From the NCBI GenBank assembly GCA_013239625.1, contig MU056029.1:186001-250000 (forward strand): a stretch of 64,000 nt of DNA, in the 5' to 3' direction. This document shows positions 13,650-24,769 of this stretch, in pieces. Source of the DNA: Lama guanicoe. Its lineage: Eukaryota. Positions within the stretch are counted from its first letter, which is position 1, and every line of letters begins with the position of its first letter. The notes under the pieces are model-generated. The model made no database searches. It saw nothing but the letters and a program-made list of their open reading frames with translations, and was not told the DNA's origin. Made by a program: the position numbers and the translations under genes.

Positions 13650-14118
13650 TATTACATCCTGATAAACCCATCATAAATTGAAAATATCATAAGTTGAAAA
13701 TGCATTTTTAATACATCCAATCTGCTGAACATCATAGCTTGGCCAAGCCTACCTTAAATGAGTTCAGAACACTTACATTATCCTACAGTTGGGCCAGATC
13801 ATCTAACACAAAATCCTATTGCATAGAAAAGTGTTGAAAATCTCATGTAATTTATTGAATACTGTACTGAAAAAAAAAAAAAGAAAAAACAGAATGACAG
13901 TTAAGTATAGACTGCTTACCCTCATGACTGCGTGGCTGACTAGGAGATGGGGCCCAGCACCACACCAGAGTGTCATACTGCTTATTGCTAGTGCAGGAAA
14001 AGATCAAAATGCAAAAATGCAAAATGCAATGTTTCTACTGCATATGTATAGCCTCTGCAGCACGGTGAAGTAAAAAAAAAAAGTAAGTCAAACCATTGTA
14101 AGTCAGCAACCATCTGTA
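13650..14118 (+). mobile_element. Tigger-family MITE (MER47/Tigger5-like)
   Basis: ttacatcctgataaacccatcataaattgaaaatatcataagttgaaaatgc...aaccattgtaagtcagcaaccatctgta matches the recalled MER47 consensus with CpG decay. Confidence 0.75.
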
Positions 14119-14157
14119 TCGTGTCCATATTGATTGTTACGTTGTTATTAATTGTGG

Positions 14158-14605
14158 TTTTTTTAACATTTTTCATTGATTTATAATCATTTTACAATGT
14201 TGTGTCAAATTCCAGTGTGGAGCACAATTTTTCAGTTATACATGAACATATATATGTTCATTGTCACATTTTTTTCTCTGTGAGCTACCATAAGATCTTG
14301 TATATATTTCCCTGTGCTATACAGTATAATCTTGTTTATCTATTCTACAATTTTGAAATCCCGGTTTATCCCTTCCCACCCCCTGCCCCCTTTTTTATTG
14401 AGTTATAATCATTTTACAATGTTGTGTCAAATTCCATTGTAGAGCACAATTTTTCAGTTATACATGAACATACATACATTTCATTGTCACATTCTCTTTT
14501 GCTGTGATCTACCACAAGATCCTGTATATATTTCCCTGTGCTACACAGTACAATCTTGTTAATCTAGTCTACATTTTGAAATCTCAGTCCCTTCCCACCC
14601 TCCTC
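14158..14605 (-). mobile_element. Two tandem 5'-truncated young L1 3' ends (~14158-14385 and ~14390-14605)
   Basis: Both read ttataatcattttacaatgttgtgtcaaattcc...gagcacaatttttcagttatacatgaaca...cccttcccaccc, with several differences between the copies. Confidence 0.85.
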
Positions 14606-14669
14606 AATGCAACTGCTCTTGATATTTCATTTAACTTGATTTCACCATGCACACATTTTGTGGAGGGCT

Positions 14670-14832
14670 AGTGCAGCATATTAGAATTATCTGGGAGCTT
14701 CAGAAGATGCAGATGCCTGGGCCACATTCGGGACTGATTGAATCAGAATCTCTAAGGGTGAGTCCTGGGCATTGGTCCTTTTAAAAAGCTCCCCAGGTGA
14801 CTCCAGGATGCAGCTAAGGTTGAAGACCACTG
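14670..14832. mobile_element. hAT-Charlie MITE (MER5A-like)
   Basis: tgaatcagaatctct...ttttaaaaagctccccaggtgactcc...ggttgaagaccactg. Confidence 0.8.
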
Positions 14833-14914
14833 AGTAGAGGCTCCACAAAGTGACACAACTCAAGCCTCCTAGGTAACCCACCTGGGTGGAGCCACAAGGT
14901 CTACCTAGTGTCTG

Positions 14915-15110
14915 CACATCACTGTATATAAAACAGATAAGCCACAAGGACCCACTGTACAGCACAGGGGACTATATTCAACTTCTTATAATAATATATA
15001 ATGGAAAAGAATCTGAAAAGGAAAAAAATGTATGTATATGCATAACTGAATCACTTTGCTGTACACCTGAAACTAACATTGTAAATCAACTATTTATAAT
15101 GATTTTTTTT
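14915..15110 (+). mobile_element. L1 3' end fragment
   Basis: tatataaaacagataagccacaaggacccactgtacagcacaggg...gctgtacacctgaaactaacattgtaaatcaactat. Confidence 0.85.
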
Positions 15111-15123
15111 TAAAGCCTAATGT

Positions 15124-15347
15124 CTAGAGCAGCCCTTCCATCGGAGCTGTCTGAGACGGCGGATACAGTCCATCTTTGCAGTGTCTAATGTAGTGGCACT
15201 GGCCACTTGTGGCAGCTGAGCACTTGAAATGAAGTGAGTGGGACTGAAGAACTGAATGTTTAATTTTTATTTTATTTTATCTTAGTTAATTTAAATTTAA
15301 GCAGCCACATGTGGCTAGTGGCTACTGTATCGGACAGGTAGTTTTAG
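15124..15347. mobile_element. hAT-Charlie MITE (MER3-like)
   Basis: ctagagcag...tgagcacttgaaatg...gactgaagaactgaatgttta...gcagccacatgtggctagtggctactgtatcggacag. Confidence 0.8.
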
Positions 15348-16176
15348 GTTCATAAGACATTTTCTGTCTTATTTTACCAGCAAAAGAAATGTGTTTTCAC
15401 CCAAAATTTCCAATGATAAATGATTCTAAGTGGAAATGTCAGTTAAAAGGTATTGTTTTTCTTTCCTATTGAATAGTACATTTATCAGCAAAACACATGA
15501 ACTGATGCGATTTGCCTCTGCAAAGTAAGACCTTAGGAAACAGTTCAAAGCACCTCTTTGTTTACAAAATTGCACCAATGGGAAATATTTGTAAATGATG
15601 TTGCTAAGGAATAATACTTGTGCCTGAAAATAAACTGACATTTTCTTTCAAATACTGATGTGTTATCCAGGGCTTTTAAAGCTGACTCCCAAAACCCTAG
15701 TGACACTGCTACTCTCTCTCCATTTAGTGAGGCTTTTAGTTACCGGGAGCACAGCTGTAGCAGTAAAAATATTCAAATCCAAATGTGTTGGATCCAAAGA
15801 ATGCTTGCAATTATGCTGTAAGGTGTAATCAAGGTGCTGTAGCAAAATGCACGCATATTGGCTTTTTGGTGTTTGCAGCATGACTGATGTGTTTATAAAG
15901 TGAATTAGCCCATGAATTCTTCATTAGGGACTAATTCCTTAGACAGTGACTGACATTCATTGCCCAGCGAGGCTGAGCAAAAAATGGCTCCATGTTAAAT
16001 CCAAAACGCAGATTTTTTTTACATACTGAATATGAGGCAACAGGCAAACAACCTATTCTTTATTGCGAAGCATTTATTCATTCTCTGGTCATTTTTAAAT
16101 GCTAATTTTTAGTAACAGAATAAAACCAGAAAGAGAAGGAGTGCTAACATAAGTTCATCAAGAAAAAGCACTGCAG

Positions 16177-16470
16177 AATTTCAGTTATGCAAGATAAATA
16201 AGTTCTGGAGATCCTCTACACAGCACAGTGCCTGTAGCTCATAATACAATGTTAATATACTTTGTAACCACAAAAACGTATAATAATATTAAAGGCCTGG
16301 GAGGAAACATTGGGAAGTGACAGATACGTTTATGGCTTCAAGGATGGTGATGGTTTCACAGGTGTATCTTTATCCCCAAATTTATCGAGTTACATACAGT
16401 AAATATGTATAACTTTTAATATATTGATTATACTTCAATAAAGTAGTTTAAAAATAAAATAAAATAAAAT
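16177..16470 (+). mobile_element. L1MA/MB-type 3' end
   Basis: tttcagttatgcaagataaataagttctggagatc...ggtgatggtttcacaggtgta...ttatacttcaataaag followed by an A-rich tail. Confidence 0.8.
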
Positions 16471-17391
16471 TACAAAGAAACGAAAAAAGGCTATAATTAA
16501 AATTACTGTTTTCATTCTTCTTTCTTAAAAACATATCTGAAAAACTGAAATAATAAAAGATAGTCTACTCTGTCAATTTGAGGATTGGATATAATTTTTA
16601 CAGATTTTATCGCTGAATAGAAAACCACTGACAGTACATGTAAACTTGGCAGAAGATGTTGAAAACAATCTTAATGGAAAAATTATGAATTCTTTCTTTC
16701 CACAGCTGCCTTCAGCTCTAGGAACTGAGAGCTTTAATTTTCACTCAGGTCTATCTGCGGCCCAGGGAAACCCTCACCTATCATAAGTGCATATAAACAG
16801 GCTCTTCACTGGTTAATTAAACATGAAATCAGTATGCAGCCAAAAAAGTCTGCCCAGACAGGGGAGAGGACTAACCAAATTCTAGCCTTCCTCCATCCCG
16901 TGTTCCTTAGGCTTTTTAAGTAAAAGAAACTTTTCAAAATATAAAATTATGGACATTCTCCCCAGAAAAATACACATATCTCCCCAGTTTTGCTTACCTT
17001 TCTAGGACCTTTAAAGACTTCCAAAGTCCATCCGCGGGCTCCAAGTTAGGGACTTTGTTCTAACACCAGGGCAGCCTCAGAAATAGACTTCTGCCTTTGT
17101 CCTGGTTAGCATGCTATTTCGCCAGGGCTTTGGCTGCTTGCCTGGGGCCACGTAACTTACCTGGTCCTTGCCAGCTCCCACCCCTCCTCCCACAAGTGCA
17201 GCTCCATTTTTCCTTGCTCCTAAATGTACAGATATCCAGCTCCAAACTCTGAGCTGAGCACAGAGTCCAAGTGCTGTCCACATGGCATGGAAAAGCTGGA
17301 CAGAACCATGGATGAGTTCACGTGGTTTTATGTTAGTGAGCTGGATACCAGGGCAAAAGATATTTCTAGGTGCAGAGTCAAATGGTATTTT

Positions 17392-18033
17392 TGTTAGAAC
17401 AGGAAGATAGCTACGCATGAGCAGAGAAAAGGAGACACAGGACAAATGGCAGGAATTGGGCAGGAAGGAGGGGCACAGGCCAAATGCAGGAAACCATGCA
17501 TCATGTAAGCACCAGGGGTCCCTGGACAGAGAAAGAAAAGCAGGGACCTCTGGGCTGATAAATGGTCACACATTTTGGGGTGACAAGTGGCCTGGAGACC
17601 TACAAACAAAGGTAGGAAAAGTAGGACTCTCCAGCGTCCAAATGTAACTTTTGCTCATTATGCCCTCATTTCAATGAAATGAGACTTGCAGATTAGAAGT
17701 ACCCATCATGCACCAACACTGTGACACTTCTGATCCAGACTAAATAAGGACAAAAACCCCTCCTCCCATCGGGAAGGTGGAGCTGGGATGAAAATCAGGG
17801 AATAAGACCCCAAACCCTTCCCTCCCCAGTGAATATTCCGCTCACACACTTTTACACCCTATGTAACCAACTTATCAAAGAAACTCAGGGCAGCCGCTCA
17901 CCTGAGCCTGCCCGCCCTCCCTGTGAGAATGTAATACCCATCCCTTAATAAATCCTCATTTTACCGTCTTAACCTCCCTGTCTTGTCTCTGAATTCTTTC
18001 TGCGATGAGACAAGAACCTAATCACTGGCAGCA
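17392..18033 (+). mobile_element. ERV solo LTR (family A, copy 1)
   Basis: Starts TGTTAG and ends ...GGCAGCA; AATAAA at ~17947; collinear with the copy at 22131-22785. Confidence 0.85.
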
Positions 18034-20911
18034 TCTTCATCCCATTGTTTTAGAGCTTTTGAAACATACTCTCTTCTGTCTTCAACTGTACTAAATCTGC
18101 AGCTCCAGCCCACATCTCTCTCTTAAGAGCCTGAGATACATTTACGGCTTCAAAGCCTGTTCAACACATCCAAACCCCAAATTACTACATTTCCCACTCA
18201 AACTTACTTCCTGTCCCTTACTCCCAATGTTAATTACTGACTCCATCACCAATCCTGCCATCAAATGAGGGATCCCAGAATCATTTATGACTTGTGTTTC
18301 TTCACCACTGTCATCAAATTCATCAGATGTGGGGCTTAGCTCAGGGATATGTTTATTTTTAACCAGCCCCCTAGGGGCTCCTCACACAGGGTTTGGTGGG
18401 CCTCTTTGAGAAATGCTCCCTGCACTCTGGAGAGGGAACATGCATTCAGCGTTCACTTTATTGTTACTGACTCATCCCCTGGTCTGTAAATATGTTCAAA
18501 TTTCCCCCACTAAAAAGAGAACCCTTGCCCAACCTCTTTGCACTGTATTCTTTTATAGTCAAGATCTCTTGAAAAAATAAACCCATGTTGGTGGTCTATT
18601 TCCTCACCCTCGTTCACTTTTCAGTTCTCTGCAATCCAGTATTTGTCCCCACCACTCCACATATGCTCTTGTTACCCTCAAAACAAACAAAATCCACCAA
18701 CCAACCCAAACGCAAACCCTCTAATGAAGCCCCCAGCGCCCTGCATGACTCAGCCTGCCCCTCTCCGCAGGCAGCTCTGTCCTGTTTCCTGTCACTTGTT
18801 GCCCTACAGTCCTGGGCTTTCTTATAGTTTCCTGCTGTGCAGAGCTCTTTTCTGCCTCAGGGCCTTTGCACTGCCATTGCCGGGACCACGATGCCCTCTC
18901 CATGCTTCCTCCTCCCAGCTTGTCACTTGGATATCGGAGGCCTTGCCTCTTCACCTGATTTAAAGGAAGATTCCCTGTTACTTTCCTTCCTACAGCTCCT
19001 GTGTTTTTCCTTAGAGTACATTTCCTAATTTATATGTACACATATATTTTTTACTTGTTCATATTTTTTACTGCTTGTGTCTAGACTATGAACTTCAAAA
19101 GAGTAGGGGCTGCATTAGTGTTGGTTACCAGTGTGCCAAGCCCAGTTCCTAGAACACCTTGGCTGCCTTACTTGTTGAAAGAGCAAATGAATTAAACTGT
19201 TTTGTCAGAGGCCACCAAGGACCCCATCATTTCCAAGTTCTGTGCCCGGGGGCGTAAGTGAGGTAGCAGAAAATCCATGACTCACCAGCCGCTCCCCACC
19301 ACTCCGCCCACCCTGTGTTTTCGTTTTCCTCAGGAACAAAGCCATGTACCTGGCGGGTTTTGCTGCTGATCCCCACACTGAAAAGGGCTTAGGAAGTTTT
19401 GTTTTTAATGATTTCACTCTAAAAAAAGAAAAATCCCACAGTCTGGTTTCTTCCTCTGTACAGAAAGATGGTACAGCTGATGTTACTCTGCGATTACAGG
19501 ATAATCTCAGTTCATCTTTGGCTGGCTTGTTTTTGTAGAATGAATGAGTTCAGTCAAGGGAGCCCTGCATCACCCACCAGGTGCCATTCCCCTCTGCCAA
19601 GCTGTGGTTCCCAGGGTCCCCTGAGAAACAAAGGGTTGGGGTCCCAGGGTCCTGACTCTCAGCCTCCCTGTGTGTGCTGCCCTGCCTCCTGAGGGCAGGG
19701 CCTAGAAGGTTCTCATTTTTGCTGCATTTACCTTTCCTTCTTTGGGGCTGTAAATCTGCTAGCAATGAAAATATCCAACTGGGTGATGATGTATGCAGTG
19801 CACACTGTCAGTTTTTCCTAAACCATGTTAAATGGTGATAGGTCTTAACTGCCGTTTGGAAGGGAGCCCTTAAAAAGCCATTTTTGAAAAAGCTGGTGCC
19901 TGCGTAGATATCCTGAAGTGTGTGCACACACACGTCCCACGACAGAAACTTTAACAAATTATTAACTCTGCCCTTTGAGTTGCTGCCCCAGCAGATGAGA
20001 CACTCTGGGTGAAAGGCTGGCCACTCTGTTGTTTCTTTTCTTATGCAAGAATGTTCTGAAATGTAATACAAATGGAACAGCAATAAGAAATACACTAATT
20101 CAAATGAGAAAAGAAAATGACCACTCTTGCCAAATAACAGGGCTGGAGAGCCCATGGAAATCACTTGCCTAGAACTAGTTTAGTAGAGTGGCTGGGTAGG
20201 ACATAAAATAATTAATAAAAATTGTTACAATATGGCTTACCTCCTATATGCTTCCAGAGCTCATCTTGTTACGCTGAACAGACGGAGGAGCTCAAGGCTT
20301 ACACAAGTCAATTCTTGGTACGCCTTTGACATGTCTTGCAACTCCTGGTATCCCTGCCAACTCAGTGCAGGCCCTTCGCACATTTTATCTGAATTATTGG
20401 AAGTGAATTGTTCCCACTGCCAAGACTGATTAGATGAGGACAAAGTGTCATTCACAAATGTGCTGAATATTTACTACCCTGTATCAGGCCTTGTGCTAGA
20501 TGTCTGAACTAGGGTGATAAAGACCCAATGCTTCCCCAAGGACACACCGGGGAGAGTGTGCCAAAAACCCCAGATTTAGTGATGGGAACAGAAATAGGAC
20601 TCAAAGAGTAAGAAAGAGTTTGGGGGAAAGGTGACAAGTTCCAACTCAGACACCAAGGACTTGCATTTCCCAAGAGCAATCCAGATGGTGATACCCAAGA
20701 AACAACGGGGAACGAGGGACGGGGTCAGAGACAGAGGCCAGGGTCTGAGGCAGAATCCACGGACAGACCCAGAGCTGCCACTGACGTTCTGTAAGTTGAT
20801 GCTAGATTGCTAAGGAAATTCCTGAGAACAGGACTTGAATAGAGCTTATGAACTGGGATCTGCCAGAAAAAATAAAACAGTAGAGAAGAAGCCAAAGTCA
20901 GCAGGCAAGTG

Positions 20912-21595
20912 TGAGAGCCAGGAAACAGGGCCAAGGAGAGTTCCACGAAGGCACGGATGCAGGGACACATGCAGTAGCAGGTAAGGCAGTGAGACGGGAG
21001 GGAAGGGGGCAGGGCACAGCCGTTCGAGGAATGACACAGCAATGACACCAAGATGGCGGGAGATCTGACTCCCAGTGGACCTTGAGCTTCATTATACACT
21101 CATCGTAATACAGGAGCACGGTAAACGGCTCCCACAGGCACCACGACAGCTCCAAAGCTGGCCGTAAAAGGTCAGAAAGTGGGCGGTGGCCGAATTCCTG
21201 GGACTCCCCATCCTTCCCCAAAGTAGTAGGAATAACCCTCCCACTTGGTAGCACAGGGAATCACCGAGCCCATAAAATTAACAACCTCCACAGCTCGTGG
21301 CCGCCCTCCCCCTGAGTGAGACGCCCACACTCTGTCTATTGACTGTGTATCTACTCTTACTTTAAACTAAGCACCCAAACCCATACCTTGTGGCCTTTCT
21401 CTTACCTTCTGAGATGGCCTGCCCTCTGTCTATGGAGTACATTATCTCCCTGAATAAATCTACTTTTACTCAACTGTGGCTCACTGTTGAATTCCTTCCT
21501 GAATTCCAAAGACCGACACTTGGCAGGGTGCATCCCTGGGACTCAGATGAGACCTGAGATGTGGCCTTCCTTTCGCCCCACCTTTTCCTGAATCA
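20912..21595 (+). mobile_element. ERV solo LTR (family B)
   Basis: TGAGAG...GAATCA termini, cataaaa TATA-like site at ~21271, AATAAA at ~21453 followed by a U5-like gaattccttcctg; relatively CpG-retaining. Confidence 0.7.
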
Positions 21596-22130
21596 GTAGC
21601 AAGTCCAGAAAATTGCTTTGATACTGTGATAAGAGATGCCAAGGAGCCGGGGGCAGCTGGTCATCAGAGCGAGGTGGGGAAAACTGTCTGCCAAGGGCTA
21701 GGGTGCCAGAGTTCAAGGGGCAGAGGCTGCAAGGGACGCTGGTCTAGGGGATGTGGGTGGTCGATGGAAGAGGAGGATGTGGAGAAAAGGAGAGACTGAT
21801 AACACTGGGAGATGATGGCTGATTGTCCATGTGGAGGCTGGACCACCAAGGAAAGCAATGAGAAAGAACAGGAAAGATAAGAAGGCATGAGACGAGACGG
21901 AGAGAAGACGGCGTGGAGAAGGCTTTCCTTCGGTGTCCTCCACCATTTTACCAAACTGGGAGGACAGGCAATATCATGAAAATGGAAAGGGCTCAGGTGT
22001 CACTGGGGGCTTGAAGGTGGTGCCACATGCTCAGAGCAGTCACTTGAGACAATACACAAGTGAAGTCAAGAAAAGATAAACAAGGCCGTGCAGTTTCTCT
22101 GAGAGCCAGATTATGGTCAGCTCACAGTTT

Positions 22131-22785
22131 TGTTAGAGCAGGCAGATAGCTACATATGACAGAGAAAGGAGGACGCAGGCCAAATGGCAGGAATTGGGCA
22201 AAAAGGAGGGGCACAGGCCAAATGCAGGAAACCCTGCATCATGTAAGCACCAGGGGTCCCTGGGCAGACAGAGAAAAGCAGGAATGTCTGGGCTGATAAG
22301 CAGTCACATATTTTGGGGTGACAAGCAGCCTGGAGGCTGACAAAGAAAGGTAGGAAAGGCAGGAATCTCCAGTGTCTGAAGGTAACCTTTTGCTCATTAT
22401 GCCCTCATTTCAATAAAATTAGCCTTGCAGATTAGAAGTACCCATCATGCACTGATGCCATGACACTTCCAATCCAGACTAAATAAGGACAAAAATTGCT
22501 CCTCCCTTCAGGATGGTGGAGCTGGAATGAAAATCAGGGAATCTGACCCCAAAACCCTCCTCCCCAGTGAATATTTTGCCCATTCACTTTTTATACTCTA
22601 TGGAACCAACTTACCAAAGAAACTCAGGGCAGCTGCTCACCTGAGCCTGCCCGTGCTCCCCGTGAGAGTGTACTGTCTATTCCTTAATAAAACCCCACTT
22701 TGCTTTCTTAACTTCCACATCTCCTCTCTGAATTCCTTCTGGAATGGGACAAAAACCTGGACACTGGCTACACCCACCGGCATCA
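22131..22785 (+). mobile_element. ERV solo LTR (family A, copy 2)
   Basis: TGTTAG...GGCATCA; AATAAA at ~22686; homologous to 17392-18033 with many substitutions. Confidence 0.85.
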
Positions 22786-23959
22786 TCTTGAGAATCAAAA
22801 CAGCAGAGCCCTGTGACTTCCTCCCGAAATTCTTGGACAGGAAAGGGTTGGAAAAGCAGCAATTATAGGACCCAAAGAGTCTAGTGATTTAAAATGACTG
22901 ACCATGGGGTCCAGCCAGGGTAGATACGAAAGTGAGGGCAGAAAGGGCAGGAAAAGCCAGGAGAGCAGGAAAGGTTTGCAGGACAGGAGACTAGGAGACA
23001 AATACCTCCATTTCCTTTGAAGGAGTCGGGCCATTTCAAGGGCCAGCAGTGTACTCCCCTTGCCCCCTCGTCTGCCTGTCTCTTCCTCCTCACAGGTGCT
23101 AGTGGGCCAGCAGGTTGTAGCCAGAATCGGCCTAGAGAAGGGCATATTCCTGGTGGCGGTTCCCCTGGGATCCTGGGTCTCCCTTGCCTTATACCCACTG
23201 CAGAAGCCACTGCCCTAATTAAGGCAAGGGGATTGAATAAACCATAGCCACAGTGACCGTCAATGTCACTAAACTACCAAATGCATAAAGGCGATTAATA
23301 ACAATCCCATCCTGCTAGTGATACAGTCTTGCACCACAGGTACTTATACAGCAAGTCACAGATCCAACCCGTTAGGATCCTGGAGAATTTAAGTGGCCTG
23401 AGGGGAAACCTATGCTTCCTGCCAGTCCTGAGAGGCAGAGATGCCCCTGCTGCCCACAGTTGAACACAGCAGGTTATAATTAATCACAAAGATGTGGCTG
23501 AACAAACAGTGCCGGTCCTTCTGTCGTTTCCTGCTGCTTGGAGAGGAGCCAGCAGCCCTGGGAGACCTGCTAAGCGGCTCTTCGCCTCGTGCAGCCTCGG
23601 CTTTCAGGAGCTCCTTCTCAAGCCTGCCTCCCTGCCGTCTTGGCGTCCCTCTCCCCATCTCTCTCTCTGCCCCCTTGCCAAATCTGGGCTTAGTCAGTGC
23701 TGCGGTGTTAACACTGCAGCTCTTAACGAGCCAACTCACGCTGACTCAGAACCCAAGGGCCGGATGAGCCCGGTACCTAGAGCTGAGGACAAAAAAAGGC
23801 AGGGGGACGGGGGGCAAACCCTTGGGCCAGGCCCCCTTCCTGGAGCGCCTGTCTTTGTTCAGACTCCTACAGATGCCTGAGGGCCGAGGGCAGGGACAAT
23901 GCGAGAAGGTGTGAACTCCCAAGAGTAAAACACTGCTTCAATAAGGAGAAGATTGCAGG

Positions 23960-24035
23960 CTTTACTCCACGTGTTGGGGGCGGACTGAGGGAGAGGTGGG
24001 GGAGGAGAGGGGCCTGCGTGCGCATGCGCACTTGT
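23960..24035. promoter_or_regulatory. Promoter-like motif cluster: E-box, GC box, perfect NRF1 palindrome
   Basis: CACGTG at 23968-23973, GGGGCGG at 23977-23983 and TGCGCATGCGCA at 24019-24030, at the edge of a GC-rich non-repeat stretch (23400-24060). Motif evidence only. Confidence 0.45.
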
Positions 24036-24064
24036 GTTGGCACGTCTCTGGCCTTACACATTAC

Positions 24065-24765
24065 TTTTGATGGAAAATTTAATTGATATAATTATAGATT
24101 CACATGCAATTATAAGAAATAATACAGAGAGATCCTGTATACACTTTGCCGGTTTTCCCCAGTGATAATATTTTGCAAAGTTACAGTGTAACATCACAAC
24201 CAGCATATTGACATTGATGAAAACCATCGTCTATTTCAGATTCCAGGTTTTACTTCTCCGTCACTAGGATCCCCCAGGTTGCCCTTTGATAACCACATTC
24301 ACCCCCCAACTCCTTTTCCCACACTCAGGCCAACCCCTAACCCCTGGCAACCACTGTTCTCCATTTCTAAAATTTGTCATTTCTAAACTGTTATGTAAAT
24401 GGAATCATACAGTGTGTAACATACAAGATTTTTATGGTCAATTGATTTTCAGCAAAAGTGTCAGAGCAATTCAATAGGGAAAGCATAGTCTTTCCAACTA
24501 ATAATGCTGAGACAATTGGATATTCATAGGCAAAATATGAGCTTACACTCTCACCTCATACCATATTCAAAAATTAACTCAAAATGAATCATAGACCTAA
24601 ATGAAAGAATGAAAAGTATAAAACTTCTAGAAGAAAACATAGGAGAAAAAAATTCTGTCCCCAGTATGGGTAAAAATTTCTTTGATACGATGACGGCCAG
24701 TATAATTGCTAAATAATTTTCCACTGTATGGATAAACCAGTTTGTTTAATCATTCCCATTCAAGC
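24065..24765 (-). mobile_element. Old L1 3' UTR (antisense), interrupted by a templated L1 copy
   Basis: agattcacatgcaattataagaaataatacagagagatcc...aatggaatcatacagtgtgtaac // ttccactgtatggataaaccagtttgtttaatcattc. Confidence 0.8.
24428..24691 (+). repeat. 264-bp near-identical copy of window positions 390-653 (L1 ORF2 piece)
   Basis: By-eye alignment shows 7 substitutions and no indels. Confidence 0.95.
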
Positions 24766-24769
24766 TACC

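Noticed and set aside
15420..16140. AT-rich non-repeat block (and a similar one at 53890-54310) as conserved enhancers
   Set aside because: This is an impression only; conservation cannot be judged from a single sequence.
17392..22785. A full provirus bounded by the two related LTRs
   Set aside because: There is no primer-binding site after the first LTR and no gag/pol/env-like sequence. The interval holds old host/L2-like DNA and the LTRs are visibly diverged.
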